DNA from: a virus
Length of the DNA: 64,000 nt
Reading direction: 5' to 3' (one strand)
IMG/VR virus record: IMGVR_UViG_3300006310_000001
Both the position numbers and the translations under genes were made by a program. Position 1 is the stretch's first letter; each line of letters opens with the position of its first letter. The notes beneath the pieces are model-generated. The model was not told where the DNA came from, did no database searches, and saw nothing but the letters and a program-made list of their open reading frames with translations. Positions 19,501 through 28,121 of this stretch are shown here, piece by piece.

Positions 19501-22500
19501 TTAAGTAATAACCAGTTACAAGCTTTGTTATTTTCTAATTTTTTAACTTTTAATGTTATGTCACCACCAGTACCAACATCTGCCGAGTTTAATGTAATTA
19601 TATCATTAACTTCAAAATTAATACCACCGTGATAAGTTATAATTTGTGTTGCGACACCACCTGATATCACTACGTTCCATACTGAAGCATCCCCATTTTG
19701 TGGATAAACTTTTTCTCCTTCATCACAATGATATTTTAAACCTGATAATTTGATAGTATCACTTGCTGATAATCCGTGGTTAGTGGAAGTTGTAATTGTA
19801 ATAACACCTGTACCGTGAACATATGGAGCATTTGTTACCGTAAATTTACCATAAGCGGCATTTGTAACTATACCACCATCAACATATGAGTGTTCTCTAG
19901 GATCAGTACCTACATTGATTGTAAATGAATCAGCGGCTGGTACATCTAAAACTGTATAACTTCTTTCGGCTCTACCTTGGTGAATATAATTGTAAGCACC
20001 ATCTGTTGCACCACTAGCATTTTGTAATAATTCTACTGTTGCAATTTGAGAACCTGTACCACTTGCTGGATGTATTCTTGTATTTCTTAAACTTTCTCCA
20101 ACTATTGAAACACCTTCTCTTACTCTCATTGGTAATTGTTCTGTGAAAGTACCGTTTTTAAGTCTGATTGTATCTCCTGCAGTACTCTTAACTTTAAAGT
20201 TTAAAACATTAGAACCACCAACTCGTTTATAAGTGAAAGCGTCAACAGATTTCTGTTCGCTAGTTACATAGGTAACTTTTTGAGAAGTACCACCACTTAC
20301 ATAAGTATGTGCAAATCCTGATTTGTCAGTACCAAAAATATATGTATTGGCGTCAACTACATTATAAACTTTAAATATTCCTGAACTAAAAGTATTATCA
20401 GGATATGTTTTACTTCCCATAGAACAAGAGAATAATATACTATCTAATTTAACTAAATCGCCATTTGCTAATCCGTGTAAAGTAGCTGTTACTGTAATAA
20501 GTCCTGTTAGATTATCATAGACAGCATTAGTAACTGCTGATGAACTACCAACAGTTGAAACTGTTGCTAATCTAACTGTACCACCACTAACGTAAGTATG
20601 TGCAACATCACTTGGTGGTAAAAAGAAATTTAATTCTGTAGCTGATTTTGTTGATACAACAGGATAAACTCCTGAAACTGGAACTTGTGGATAAACTTTA
20701 TCACCAAATTCGCAATTTGTTTTAATTCCAAATAAGTTAACTGTATCACTTGCTGATAATCCATTCGTTGCTGTAGTAAGTACAGCTTTACCTGTCGCTA
20801 TATTATAAACAAAATTTGTAACTGCTAGTCTACTGTTATCTGATTTAACAACTTCACCACCACTTACATAAGTTTGTGCAACAGTACTTGTTCCAATATC
20901 AACTTGAAATGTTGTTGTTGTTAAATTTGCTGCTTCTACTGTAAATGCTGTACTTGTTGAAATTACAGGATATGTTTTATTTCCTGTAGGACAACTTACT
21001 AGTAAATCTCTTATTTCAACTAAATCTCCAACACTTCTAGCGTGAGGAATTGCTGTAGTTACATCTCCACCTGTAGGACCTGTAAACCCTATATCATTAC
21101 CATCAATTCTAACGCACTCATCTACTTTATGGTTAGCTGAACCGTTAACTATATCAACTTTAACAGAACCACCTTTAGTATTAACTCTATAGAGTGATGG
21201 ACCACCAACTTCTGGATATGTTTTTGCACCGTTAGAACAAGTATAATTTAATCCCCATAATCTTACTTTATTAGTTGCTAATAATCCGTGAGCTGTAGAA
21301 GTGTGAATTGTAATAACACCTGAACCGTGAGCATATGGAGCGTTAGTTATTGTTAAAGTAGTATCATCTGCTTTTCTAACTGTACCACCACTTACATAAG
21401 TATGAGCATTGGTGTCAGTTCCCATTTGAATTTCAAAAGAATTAGCAGTTATATTATATTGACTAACTTCAAATTCTCTTGAAGAAATTCCACGAATATT
21501 ATTATAAACGTCTTCCGTACCGCCGATACCACCAGACTGTTCTTTTATTTCTCTAATAGCGTGATGTTTTGCGTGTTTAACAGCATATGCTAATGTTTTA
21601 TAAGGTTGACTTTCTGATCCTGAATCACCATCTACTCCTGTTGGAGAAACCCATATAACATTTTTAGCTGAATTACCAGACCATAGAACATCAAAACCAT
21701 CATTAGTTAATACTGAACCTGGAAGACCTATAGGTAATCTAGCAGTACCAGCTTCGGACTGCGTAATCATATCACCACGAGTCTGTAATACAGCACCAGA
21801 GTCACCTAAAGCAATTCCTTGCCAAACTGTTCCATCTGTACCTGGTTCTATATTAAGAACTTGGTCTTTTAAATTAACATAAGAGTTAGAAAGATATCTA
21901 ACTGTTTCACCAATATTATAAGTTGTAGATGTACTATATGCACCTGTCCATTTAAATCCTTCAACTACTAAAGACCAATAAGTTGTATTTACAATACCAG
22001 TATTTAATGAAGGTCTTTGACTTTGAGCGTCTAATACGCATACATAAGAATTACCACCATACTGAACTGTATCACCAGTTTTGTATAATGTTCCGTGTAC
22101 ATAAACACCTTGTGCTTTAAAACCTGTAGTTACTACATCCCAAAACTTTTTATTTGACCGATTATAAATAAAGTTTGAAATATTTTTATCTGCGCTTGTA
22201 GTATATGAAATCTTTTGAGAAGTACCACCACTTACATAAGTATGAACAATTGCTGATTTATCAGTAGCAACAACATATGTACTTGAATCAGGTACATCAT
22301 AAACTTTAAATATTCCTGAATAGTTTGTAGTATTAGGATATGTTTTTTGTCCTGTTGAACATTCAACTACTATACTATCTAATTTAACTAAATCATTTCT
22401 ACTTAATCCGTGAGTAGCAGATGTTACTGTAATAAGTCCTGTTGCATTATCATAAGAAAAACCAGTAAGAGCAGTTGAACTTCCAACATTTGAAACTGTT

Positions 22501-23819
22501 GCTAATTTAACTGTACCACCACTTACATAAGTATGGTCAATATTACTTGGTGCTAAAAAGATACTTAATTTTGTAGCTGATGGACTTGCTTTAACAGGAT
22601 AAAGTCCTGAATAAGGTGCTTGTGGATAAACTTTAGTTCCAAAAGCACAAGTTGTTTGAACTCCAAATACATCTATTGTATCACTTGCTGATAATCCGTG
22701 CGTTGCTGTAGTAATTACTACTTTACCAGTTGCTGTATTATAAACAAAACCTGTAATTGCTAATCTAGTACCATTAGATTTAAGAACCGTACCACCACTA
22801 ACATAAGATTGTGCAATAGCACTTGTTCCTAATTCAATTTGGAAATTAGTTGCTGTTAAATTTGTTGCCTCTACTGTAAATTGAGTAGAAGTTGAGTGTA
22901 TTGGATATGTTTTCTGTCCTGTATCACATTGTACTACTATATCTCTTACTTCAATTAAATCGGAAACACTTCTTCCGTGAGCAGTTGATGTAGTAATATC
23001 TCCACCTGTTGTTTCTTGTACAGCTGGAGTTCCTGGTGTATTGCCAGAAGATTCATTTGATTGAACATAAACATAAGAATACCCACCATAAGTTACTACA
23101 TCACCTTGTTGGTAAACTGTAGCAGCGTTATAAGAATCTTCAAATTGTAAACCTTCTGAATAAACTGAAAAATTTTCTTCAGCAAAATCTGATAGAGCAC
23201 CACCCGAAGTATGAGCAACAATACATTTATATTGATATGCACCAAATTTAACAACATCATCTAATTTGTAATATGTGTTAACTTGGAAGTCGCCTTTAAA
23301 TGCTAAACCTTCACTATAGATATCAAAGTTTCCTAAAACTATATTGATATCTCCACCAGCCGCTGATGTATGTTCAGTAGTACATCTATATGTTCTACCA
23401 CCATACTTAACTAGGTCGTTTAATTTGTATTGTGTACTAGAAGCATAATCACCTTTAAAAATAATACCATCACTAAATTGTTCAAATTTAGACTGGTCTA
23501 AAACTGTGCCTGATGATGTGTATTGAGTAGTACAACGGTATTGTTTACCACCATAAGAAACTAGGTCGTTTAATTTGTACCAAGTTCCGTCAGCATATGC
23601 ACCTTTAAAGTAAAATGATTCTTGGTGTAATTGCCAATATTCTGTAAATGTTCCAGGACTTGTATAAAAATCTTGTTCTGTTGCTGGTGACGTGTGATTT
23701 TGAATACACACATAAGCATTACCACCATATTTTGCGATATCATCAATAACATAGCCAGTTGTTCCTGACCAATCGCCTCTCCATTTAAACTTTAATCGTC
23801 CTAATTTGAAATCTGCCAT
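16530..23819 (-). CDS. Giant (2429 aa) tail fibre / adhesin-like structural protein
   Basis: Seven Y..[GN]D.V.YGG..Y.C carbohydrate-binding-like repeats, an interrupted beta-helix-like region (VSPTG.D...PYKTL..A; GDTI.L..GTF; SPYVQNCTS), twelve HG/CxxGxKxYP/HTYVSGG repeats, and a C-terminal LPASP..LTVDRNG domain. Confidence 0.75.
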   Translation of the reverse strand: MADFKLGRLKFKWRGDWSGTTGYVIDDIAKYGGNAYVCIQNHTSPATEQDFYTSPGTFTEYWQLHQESFYFKGAYADGTWYKLNDLVSYGGKQYRCTTQYTSSGTVLDQSKFEQFSDGIIFKGDYASSTQYKLNDLVKYGGRTYRCTTEHTSAAGGDINIVLGNFDIYSEGLAFKGDFQVNTYYKLDDVVKFGAYQYKCIVAHTSGGALSDFAEENFSVYSEGLQFEDSYNAATVYQQGDVVTYGGYSYVYVQSNESSGNTPGTPAVQETTGGDITTSTAHGRSVSDLIEVRDIVVQCDTGQKTYPIHSTSTQFTVEATNLTATNFQIELGTSAIAQSYVSGGTVLKSNGTRLAITGFVYNTATGKVVITTATHGLSASDTIDVFGVQTTCAFGTKVYPQAPYSGLYPVKASPSATKLSIFLAPSNIDHTYVSGGTVKLATVSNVGSSTALTGFSYDNATGLITVTSATHGLSRNDLVKLDSIVVECSTGQKTYPNTTNYSGIFKVYDVPDSSTYVVATDKSAIVHTYVSGGTSQKISYTTSADKNISNFIYNRSNKKFWDVVTTGFKAQGVYVHGTLYKTGDTVQYGGNSYVCVLDAQSQRPSLNTGIVNTTYWSLVVEGFKWTGAYSTSTTYNIGETVRYLSNSYVNLKDQVLNIEPGTDGTVWQGIALGDSGAVLQTRGDMITQSEAGTARLPIGLPGSVLTNDGFDVLWSGNSAKNVIWVSPTGVDGDSGSESQPYKTLAYAVKHAKHHAIREIKEQSGGIGGTEDVYNNIRGISSREFEVSQYNITANSFEIQMGTDTNAHTYVSGGTVRKADDTTLTITNAPYAHGSGVITIHTSTAHGLLATNKVRLWGLNYTCSNGAKTYPEVGGPSLYRVNTKGGSVKVDIVNGSANHKVDECVRIDGNDIGFTGPTGGDVTTAIPHARSVGDLVEIRDLLVSCPTGNKTYPVISTSTAFTVEAANLTTTTFQVDIGTSTVAQTYVSGGEVVKSDNSRLAVTNFVYNIATGKAVLTTATNGLSASDTVNLFGIKTNCEFGDKVYPQVPVSGVYPVVSTKSATELNFFLPPSDVAHTYVSGGTVRLATVSTVGSSSAVTNAVYDNLTGLITVTATLHGLANGDLVKLDSILFSCSMGSKTYPDNTFSSGIFKVYNVVDANTYIFGTDKSGFAHTYVSGGTSQKVTYVTSEQKSVDAFTYKRVGGSNVLNFKVKSTAGDTIRLKNGTFTEQLPMRVREGVSIVGESLRNTRIHPASGTGSQIATVELLQNASGATDGAYNYIHQGRAERSYTVLDVPAADSFTINVGTDPREHSYVDGGIVTNAAYGKFTVTNAPYVHGTGVITITTSTNHGLSASDTIKLSGLKYHCDEGEKVYPQNGDASVWNVVISGGVATQIITYHGGINFEVNDIITLNSADVGTGGDITLKVKKLENNKACNWLLLNEKNNIRNMTFLDLNEKKQSGGLYQVTVTSGTEFTVQMGTSTFVHTYKSGGHVIAVGNESVKLGLSNILYNNANGRVTVTTSNSHSLTTGDWVTLGKMKFECDLGEKVYPSGPYEQALTSLDPIGNIYLTSPYVQNCTSLNPGACGVQIDGNLHLRPFPRSYKSMLANDFTQINEDGIGIHILGYGRVEAVSVFVYYCDKAVYAESGGFIRALNCSHAYGEQGVVASGTNEAEVPINLKSRGMMLQWDKDTFGGTATASDIENSIAVQGQGTATIVGSESGATATLFRYNVSLLYLHIENITGNFKQGETVTITKEDSTTFTVDLDGYFGGQSGSTGADVTTALAHGRSSGELIEVSDVILSCLSSDSTVIGNKTYPVSSTTTQFTVEAPNLTGTTFQVDLGTSNTAQSYVSGGTLLKTGGTRLSISNFVYDIATGKAIITTPTHGLSASDTVNLFGIKTSCVYGVKIYPQVPTSGIFNVKSSSSATKLNFFLAPSDIEHTYVSGGTVKSATPTSVGSATEISSASYDNVTGLITVGSTGHGLIVNDLVQVQGMQFTCSTGSKAYPDDILSSGIFKVYDVPDANTYIFGVDKSAIAHTYVIGGTSQKVTIATSNSVNVSGFVFNRTAAAQQGQRGPLIAMKSGTTTLNAVDMIALASNVKFPNDNTFYRVGLVSEEDTSAGTAVIRLTSSIGLSKAKNEDTVNDITKEYSNIRLTGHDFLDIGTGDFTSTNYPLPPLQASDQSDEVIEVNGGRVYWVSTDQTGDFRVGDLFKIEQATGSATLNADAFNLSGLSELKLGSIGAELGAAINEFSTDATLGGNSNTAIPTENAVVGYMTRDNAGTGAWVPPTGTSAQRPVGGELFAGALRYNSSIISWEGYNGTSWTGLAGGTPWTTLVGDGSTVPVAIGGQRLLIDTSLFAMTVKLPASPLVGDSLVFLDLNGSFQLRPLTVDRNGQDIMNLQQDMIADINHAGFTLVYTGSTNGWKLVEVA
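17628..18494 (-). repeat. In-frame cassette copy 3 (289 aa) in the giant fibre gene
   Basis: GADVTTALAHG...GFVFNR; 867 bp, equal to 849 bp plus an 18-bp insertion. Confidence 0.9.
20223..21071 (-). repeat. In-frame cassette copy 2 (283 aa) in the giant fibre gene
   Basis: GGDVTTAIPHA...AFTYKR; 849 bp. Confidence 0.9.
22158..23006 (-). repeat. In-frame cassette copy 1 (283 aa) in the giant fibre gene
   Basis: GGDITTSTAHG...NFIYNR; 849 bp; the 22-mer ATAAACTTTAAATATTCCTGAA is identical in all three copies. Confidence 0.9.
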
Positions 23820-23853
23820 TTTTCTCTCTATTTACCTACTAATTTTGTCCATC

Positions 23854-24474
23854 TTAAACAGCGCTTTGATAAGTCGTTGCATTAACCGTTGACGTTAAAT
23901 CTTCAAAAGTATTAAAGTCATCAATTGCTAATTCTGACCTTATTGCTATTTGCTTACTTCTTCTAACTAAATCTCCACTATCACTATTTATAAGAAATGT
24001 AGTTGTGGTATCATCTGAATATTTAATTTGTTGGTACCTATCGCTATCATTATTATAGTATCTTTTATTAATTTGACCAACCACAATACTAGCACCTGAC
24101 GCTGGAATTAATACGAAATTTAGTGATGTTCCACCTGTTAATGTATAGGTTGAAAATGCTTCTTGTCTAACACCATCCATAAAACAAGCTATTCTTGTTT
24201 CATTTAAAACTGGTGTTGATATTGTAAATTGTTTGGTAGCACCGTCACCTGTGAAATATTGAACTTCAAACATCTCTAATCTTTCTTCAAGGTAATCTCC
24301 TTCATCTCTAGCAACACTATCAGATTTACCATCTTCATAGTACTTTGATACTTCTATTGGTTGAGTAGTAAAATTTGGATCAATAGAAGATAGATAACAC
24401 ATACCCTCTTTAGTACGTCTTATACCATTGAATACTTTTTGTTTTTTGATTTCTCCTGGGATTATATAAGCCAT
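23854..24474 (-). CDS. Hypothetical virion structural protein
   Basis: FTGDGATKQFTI...CFMDGVRQ...YTL Ig-like repeat common in phage tail proteins. Confidence 0.55.
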   Translation of the reverse strand: MAYIIPGEIKKQKVFNGIRRTKEGMCYLSSIDPNFTTQPIEVSKYYEDGKSDSVARDEGDYLEERLEMFEVQYFTGDGATKQFTISTPVLNETRIACFMDGVRQEAFSTYTLTGGTSLNFVLIPASGASIVVGQINKRYYNNDSDRYQQIKYSDDTTTTFLINSDSGDLVRRSKQIAIRSELAIDDFNTFEDLTSTVNATTYQSAV

Positions 24475-24496
24475 TTTATTTCTCTATATTTATTTA

Positions 24497-24844
24497 TTAA
24501 GTTATTGCCAATATACTTGCTACTGCCTCAACATCAACAGAAGTTGAATCAGGAGAAGGATCAGCGACCACTCTTAATATGTCATTGTTCTCCAAATTTA
24601 CTGGTTTATCTAAAGTTAATGTATTACTAGCAGGAACTTCTAAATTTCTACCTATATGTCTATAAGTTGTTCCACCGTCAGTAGTAACTTTTACATTAAC
24701 TCTTGCTGTACTGTATCCACTTTTATTTGAAATATATAATGCGTGAATTACAGCAGTTTCAGAACCGCCTGCTGTATATAAATCTGCTGAGGAATTATCT
24801 AAAACCCCTACAGTCATTCCTGCATTTTTAAATGTTGACGGCAT
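24497..24844 (-). CDS. Small tail-associated beta-sandwich protein
   Basis: MPSTFKNA...LYTA...VIHALYISN pattern seen in small T4-like tail proteins; position in tail cluster. Confidence 0.5.
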   Translation of the reverse strand: MPSTFKNAGMTVGVLDNSSADLYTAGGSETAVIHALYISNKSGYSTARVNVKVTTDGGTTYRHIGRNLEVPASNTLTLDKPVNLENNDILRVVADPSPDSTSVDVEAVASILAIT

Positions 24845-24859
24845 AATCTTTCAACAAAC

Positions 24860-25240
24860 CTATGAACCAAAAACTACAGAATATGCTAATGCGTCATCCG
24901 AAGTACCAATAGTACCTGAAGTGTTAGGTAATTTTAATATTCTATCTGCTGTTGGTTCTTCTACTGATAAAGTAGTTTCAAACGCATTTTCTAAATTCCC
25001 TTCAAATATAAAATTTGATCCGTTCATAGTAATATCTCTATTTGTAATAGAACCATTACTAGTTGCGTCTTGCAAAGTTACCGAACCTGCACCACCAATT
25101 TCTTTAATCTGTCCAGCTGATTTTTTTATATAAAATTTACCATCTGTTACATTAACAGCCAACTCTCCAACATCCATATTATTTGCGTCTGGAATACGAG
25201 TTGCTACTTCTGTACGGTATGGTTTTATTTTTGTTGCCAT
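24860..25240 (-). CDS. Short fibre-like structural protein
   Basis: GELAVNVTDGKFY N-domain; FEG...TTL...PTADRILKLPN.SGT module shared with 39052-39984. Confidence 0.55.
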   Translation of the reverse strand: MATKIKPYRTEVATRIPDANNMDVGELAVNVTDGKFYIKKSAGQIKEIGGAGSVTLQDATSNGSITNRDITMNGSNFIFEGNLENAFETTLSVEEPTADRILKLPNTSGTIGTSDDALAYSVVFGS

Positions 25241-25243
25241 AGT

Positions 25244-25465
25244 TTATTTCTTCCTTTTTAATTTCGCCCTAAATTTAATTCTATTTACTAATTTTGTTTT
25301 AGATAATCTTCTATCTAATTCAATTCCTAATTTTCTACCAATTCTCTCTAATTCTTTTTTTGTTTTGTTCTTTAAATCTTTAATTGTAATAGTAGTAGTC
25401 TTTGGTTTAACTGGTTCGTAAGAACTAACTGTTTTATTAATTAATCTTTTTATCCAACCAAACAT
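25244..25465 (-). CDS. Small basic protein with Rho-N/HEH-like domain
   Basis: LKNKTKKELERIGRKLGIEL.RRLSKTKLVNRI. Confidence 0.55.
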   Translation of the reverse strand: MFGWIKRLINKTVSSYEPVKPKTTTITIKDLKNKTKKELERIGRKLGIELDRRLSKTKLVNRIKFRAKLKRKK

Positions 25466-27177
25466 TAGAAAGTTCCTCCATCTACTGTAGTTACTTCAAC
25501 GTCACCAGCTGTTATTGTAAAGTTATCAGCAGAAAAAGAAGCAACACCAATGTTTGATGTACTTGCTAATTCTCCAACTATTTGTAATTGATTGCCACTA
25601 GCAATTGTATTAATTCCTTCACCTGCTAAAAATTCTAAAGTGCCTCCAATTGAAACTTGTCCTTGTGTTGAAGACTCATCTTTGAAATAAAGAGGATCAG
25701 CAAATTTAGCACCTGTTAAAGTATTATTTGCAATCATTGAATCTGTAACACCTAAAGGTTTAACTCTTATTTGGTCACCTGAAACTTCAATTGAACTATT
25801 ATCAGGATTTGTATCTATCGTATTACCATCTTTAATCAAACCTGCACCTGCAGTAATTTGACCTGCACCAGAAAATTGTGATACATCTAAATCAGTTGTT
25901 CCAAATACTGGTTGTCCTGTATGTGTAAATGTATATCCATTGTTAGAACCAATAGTTCCTTCTTCTACAAATACAAATGAACCACCACTTAATTCAGATG
26001 GTTGGTCTTCTGGAGTTGCTCTTGTTAATATAAAAGGAGTTGATCCAGTACCAACTTGGTCAACTTTATAAATACCGTTTTCGGTTGCGTCTGTTTGGTC
26101 TTTAACTAAAAGTCTATCGTTAACACTTAATGCTATATCGTCAACTGATATTGCACCGTTAAAATCTGCTGTTAATGTTGCACCAACACCTAATGTTCCA
26201 TTATTATAAGTTGCTACTAAATCAGCAGTTGTTGCTGCTTTACAAGATGGTTTAGTATCTAAACCTTGAGCAACTTGGTCAACGTATGCTTTGTTTGCAA
26301 CTGATTGATTTTGAAATCCTGCTCTATCTTCATAACCACTTGGTAAAATAACTGTACCTGTTCCGTGTGGTGTTAAATTAATATTTTTATTTGCCGCTGT
26401 TGTTGTAACTGATTGACCGTCAATTGTAATGTCATCAATTACTAAAGAAGTTAATCCTGCAATATCTGTTTCAGTAGCACCTAAAGTTAATACTGAACTA
26501 CCTAATGTTGTAGTAGGATTTGCTAAATTAGAATTTGATATACCTGCACTACCCGATAAATTTGAATCTGTTAATGTGTTCGCCTGAATTTCTACATTGT
26601 TATCGGTAACAACTGTATCCATACCTGCGCCACCAGCGAAAGTTAATGTTTCAGCTGTATTGTAAGTATCTGTTCCTGTATCACCTGCTAAATCAATATA
26701 TTGATTAACAGTCATAAACTCTAAATTACCAGCACCGTCAGTTTTTAAGAACTGACCAGGAGAACCATCAGCACCTGGTAATGCAAATGTTGTTGTAGCT
26801 GATAGTAAGTTAGGTGCTTTAAGTCCTACAAAGTTAGTACCGTTATTAGTACCTTCATTAAATTTTATTGTTCCACCTACACTAGTAGAATTACCTACAA
26901 TGAATTCGTCTATTGCTTTATTTGAATCTATTATTACAGCACCGTTTGCTGTTAATGTACCTTGTACGTGATCCAAAATTTCAGCGAAATATTGTCCACC
27001 GATAACTGATATATTATTTGCGTCACCATTTCCATCAACTCCACCTTCCCCAATGAATAATCTATCTCCTAGATTACCTTGAGTTCCTGTTCCATAAGTA
27101 AATGCTAATTCCCCAAGTTTTAATGTAGCTGGTGCTGAAGTACTTGATGAACGTTTTATCTGTATTACTGTTGCCAT
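25465..27177 (-). CDS. Tail fibre protein
   Basis: MATVIQIKRSS...GELAF N-terminus, NKAYVD, QTDATENGIY.V, FVFVEEGT, FSGAGQITAGAGL.K.GNT; G/T/D-rich fibre repeats. Confidence 0.8.
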   Translation of the reverse strand: MATVIQIKRSSSTSAPATLKLGELAFTYGTGTQGNLGDRLFIGEGGVDGNGDANNISVIGGQYFAEILDHVQGTLTANGAVIIDSNKAIDEFIVGNSTSVGGTIKFNEGTNNGTNFVGLKAPNLLSATTTFALPGADGSPGQFLKTDGAGNLEFMTVNQYIDLAGDTGTDTYNTAETLTFAGGAGMDTVVTDNNVEIQANTLTDSNLSGSAGISNSNLANPTTTLGSSVLTLGATETDIAGLTSLVIDDITIDGQSVTTTAANKNINLTPHGTGTVILPSGYEDRAGFQNQSVANKAYVDQVAQGLDTKPSCKAATTADLVATYNNGTLGVGATLTADFNGAISVDDIALSVNDRLLVKDQTDATENGIYKVDQVGTGSTPFILTRATPEDQPSELSGGSFVFVEEGTIGSNNGYTFTHTGQPVFGTTDLDVSQFSGAGQITAGAGLIKDGNTIDTNPDNSSIEVSGDQIRVKPLGVTDSMIANNTLTGAKFADPLYFKDESSTQGQVSIGGTLEFLAGEGINTIASGNQLQIVGELASTSNIGVASFSADNFTITAGDVEVTTVDGGTF

Positions 27178-27187
27178 ATGCTAGTTT

Positions 27188-27466
27188 TTAAAAACTCCCA
27201 CAATTAAATAATAGTGTTCCTGTTGTAGTAACTATTTCGGTTCTAGTTACAAATTTATTATCACTAGACCTATATTGAATCATTGCGCCATCATCTAAAT
27301 GTGTTGTGTCAACATCACCAAGAAGAGCAAATTTTAGGGAAGAATTTTGTACTGCTACCGTAGATGGTAAAGTTACCGAAACTGCCTCTGGACCATCTCC
27401 AGTATTTACATTTATATTTGCTGTTGTAGTAGTTTTTTGCCCTACCGTGGCTGTAATATCTGCCAT
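27188..27466 (-). CDS. Small tail-associated protein
   Basis: LGDVD...LDDGAMIQY...NKF motif; ends in CGSF like the DGGTF-type fibre termini. Confidence 0.5.
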   Translation of the reverse strand: MADITATVGQKTTTTANINVNTGDGPEAVSVTLPSTVAVQNSSLKFALLGDVDTTHLDDGAMIQYRSSDNKFVTRTEIVTTTGTLLFNCGSF

Positions 27467-27484
27467 CCAATTCTCTCCTGTGAA

Positions 27485-27492
27485 TATTTATA
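27485..27492 (-). promoter_or_regulatory. T4-type late promoter
   Basis: Exact TATAAATA upstream of ATG 27466. Confidence 0.75.
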
Positions 27493-27500
27493 ATATTTAA

Positions 27501-27836
27501 TTAGACAGTAACCTGTGGTCTTACAGTTATAATGCCTTCAATAACTCTAGTAACTCCAGCATCCTTTGTAATCTCAAGGTCGTACACATATCTCTCAGCA
27601 TCCAAATCACCTGTTTCTGTTGCTGTTAATGAGAGAGTAACTACTCCTGTGGTAGCGTCTGCTGCTATTGAAGTAGACATATTAATTCTTGTTCTTGTGG
27701 AAGCAAAACCTTTAGCCATCTTCGCCGCCGCCGTATAACCAGTTAGGTCAAACGCCTGTCCATTAGCATCCTTTACAGTTACGTCTGAACTAAAGGTTGC
27801 GCCTTGGTCTATCGTTAGATTAGCTATTGCTGCCAT
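27501..27836 (-). CDS. BppU-like baseplate/fibre attachment domain protein
   Basis: LTIDQGATF...FDLTGYTA...YVYDLEI...RVIEG.ITVRP. Confidence 0.6.
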   Translation of the reverse strand: MAAIANLTIDQGATFSSDVTVKDANGQAFDLTGYTAAAKMAKGFASTRTRINMSTSIAADATTGVVTLSLTATETGDLDAERYVYDLEITKDAGVTRVIEGIITVRPQVTV

Positions 27837-28040
27837 TTACTTTTTCTCGGATTCTGGTACTTCTTTTTTAATCAATTTGACTATTTTTTCGTTGTAATAT
27901 TTAGTTAAAACATCTATCTTTTCAATCTCAATTAAATGTCTAGTTTTGCTTACCTGGATTTCTTGTCTTACTGCTATGCAATTCTGTAATTCAGGACTAA
28001 ACTTCGTTTCATCATACTCTTTTTTGTCAATTGTTATCAT
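27837..28040 (-). CDS. Hypothetical small coiled-coil protein
   Basis: 67 aa, GGAG SD, late promoter upstream. Confidence 0.55.
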   Translation of the reverse strand: MITIDKKEYDETKFSPELQNCIAVRQEIQVSKTRHLIEIEKIDVLTKYYNEKIVKLIKKEVPESEKK

Positions 28041-28071
28041 ACATTTATCTCCATTTTTAAACTCATATTAC

Positions 28072-28091
28072 TATTTATACAGGTATAAATA
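28072..28091. promoter_or_regulatory. Back-to-back divergent late promoters
   Basis: TATAAATA on minus at 28072-28079 and on plus at 28084-28091. Confidence 0.8.
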
Positions 28092-28121
28092 ATAATGTTA
28101 CATATTAAAAGGAGAATATTT

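Noticed and set aside
17628-23006. The triplicated cassette as an intein, intron or CRISPR-like array
   Set aside because: No N-terminal Cys/Ser or C-terminal His-Asn splice motifs, no endonuclease, frame is open, and repeats are long coding units rather than repeat-spacer arrays
16515-24495. TAAATAAATA near-matches to the late promoter upstream of 16503 and 24474
   Set aside because: Not the exact consensus, and near-matches are frequent in AT-rich DNA
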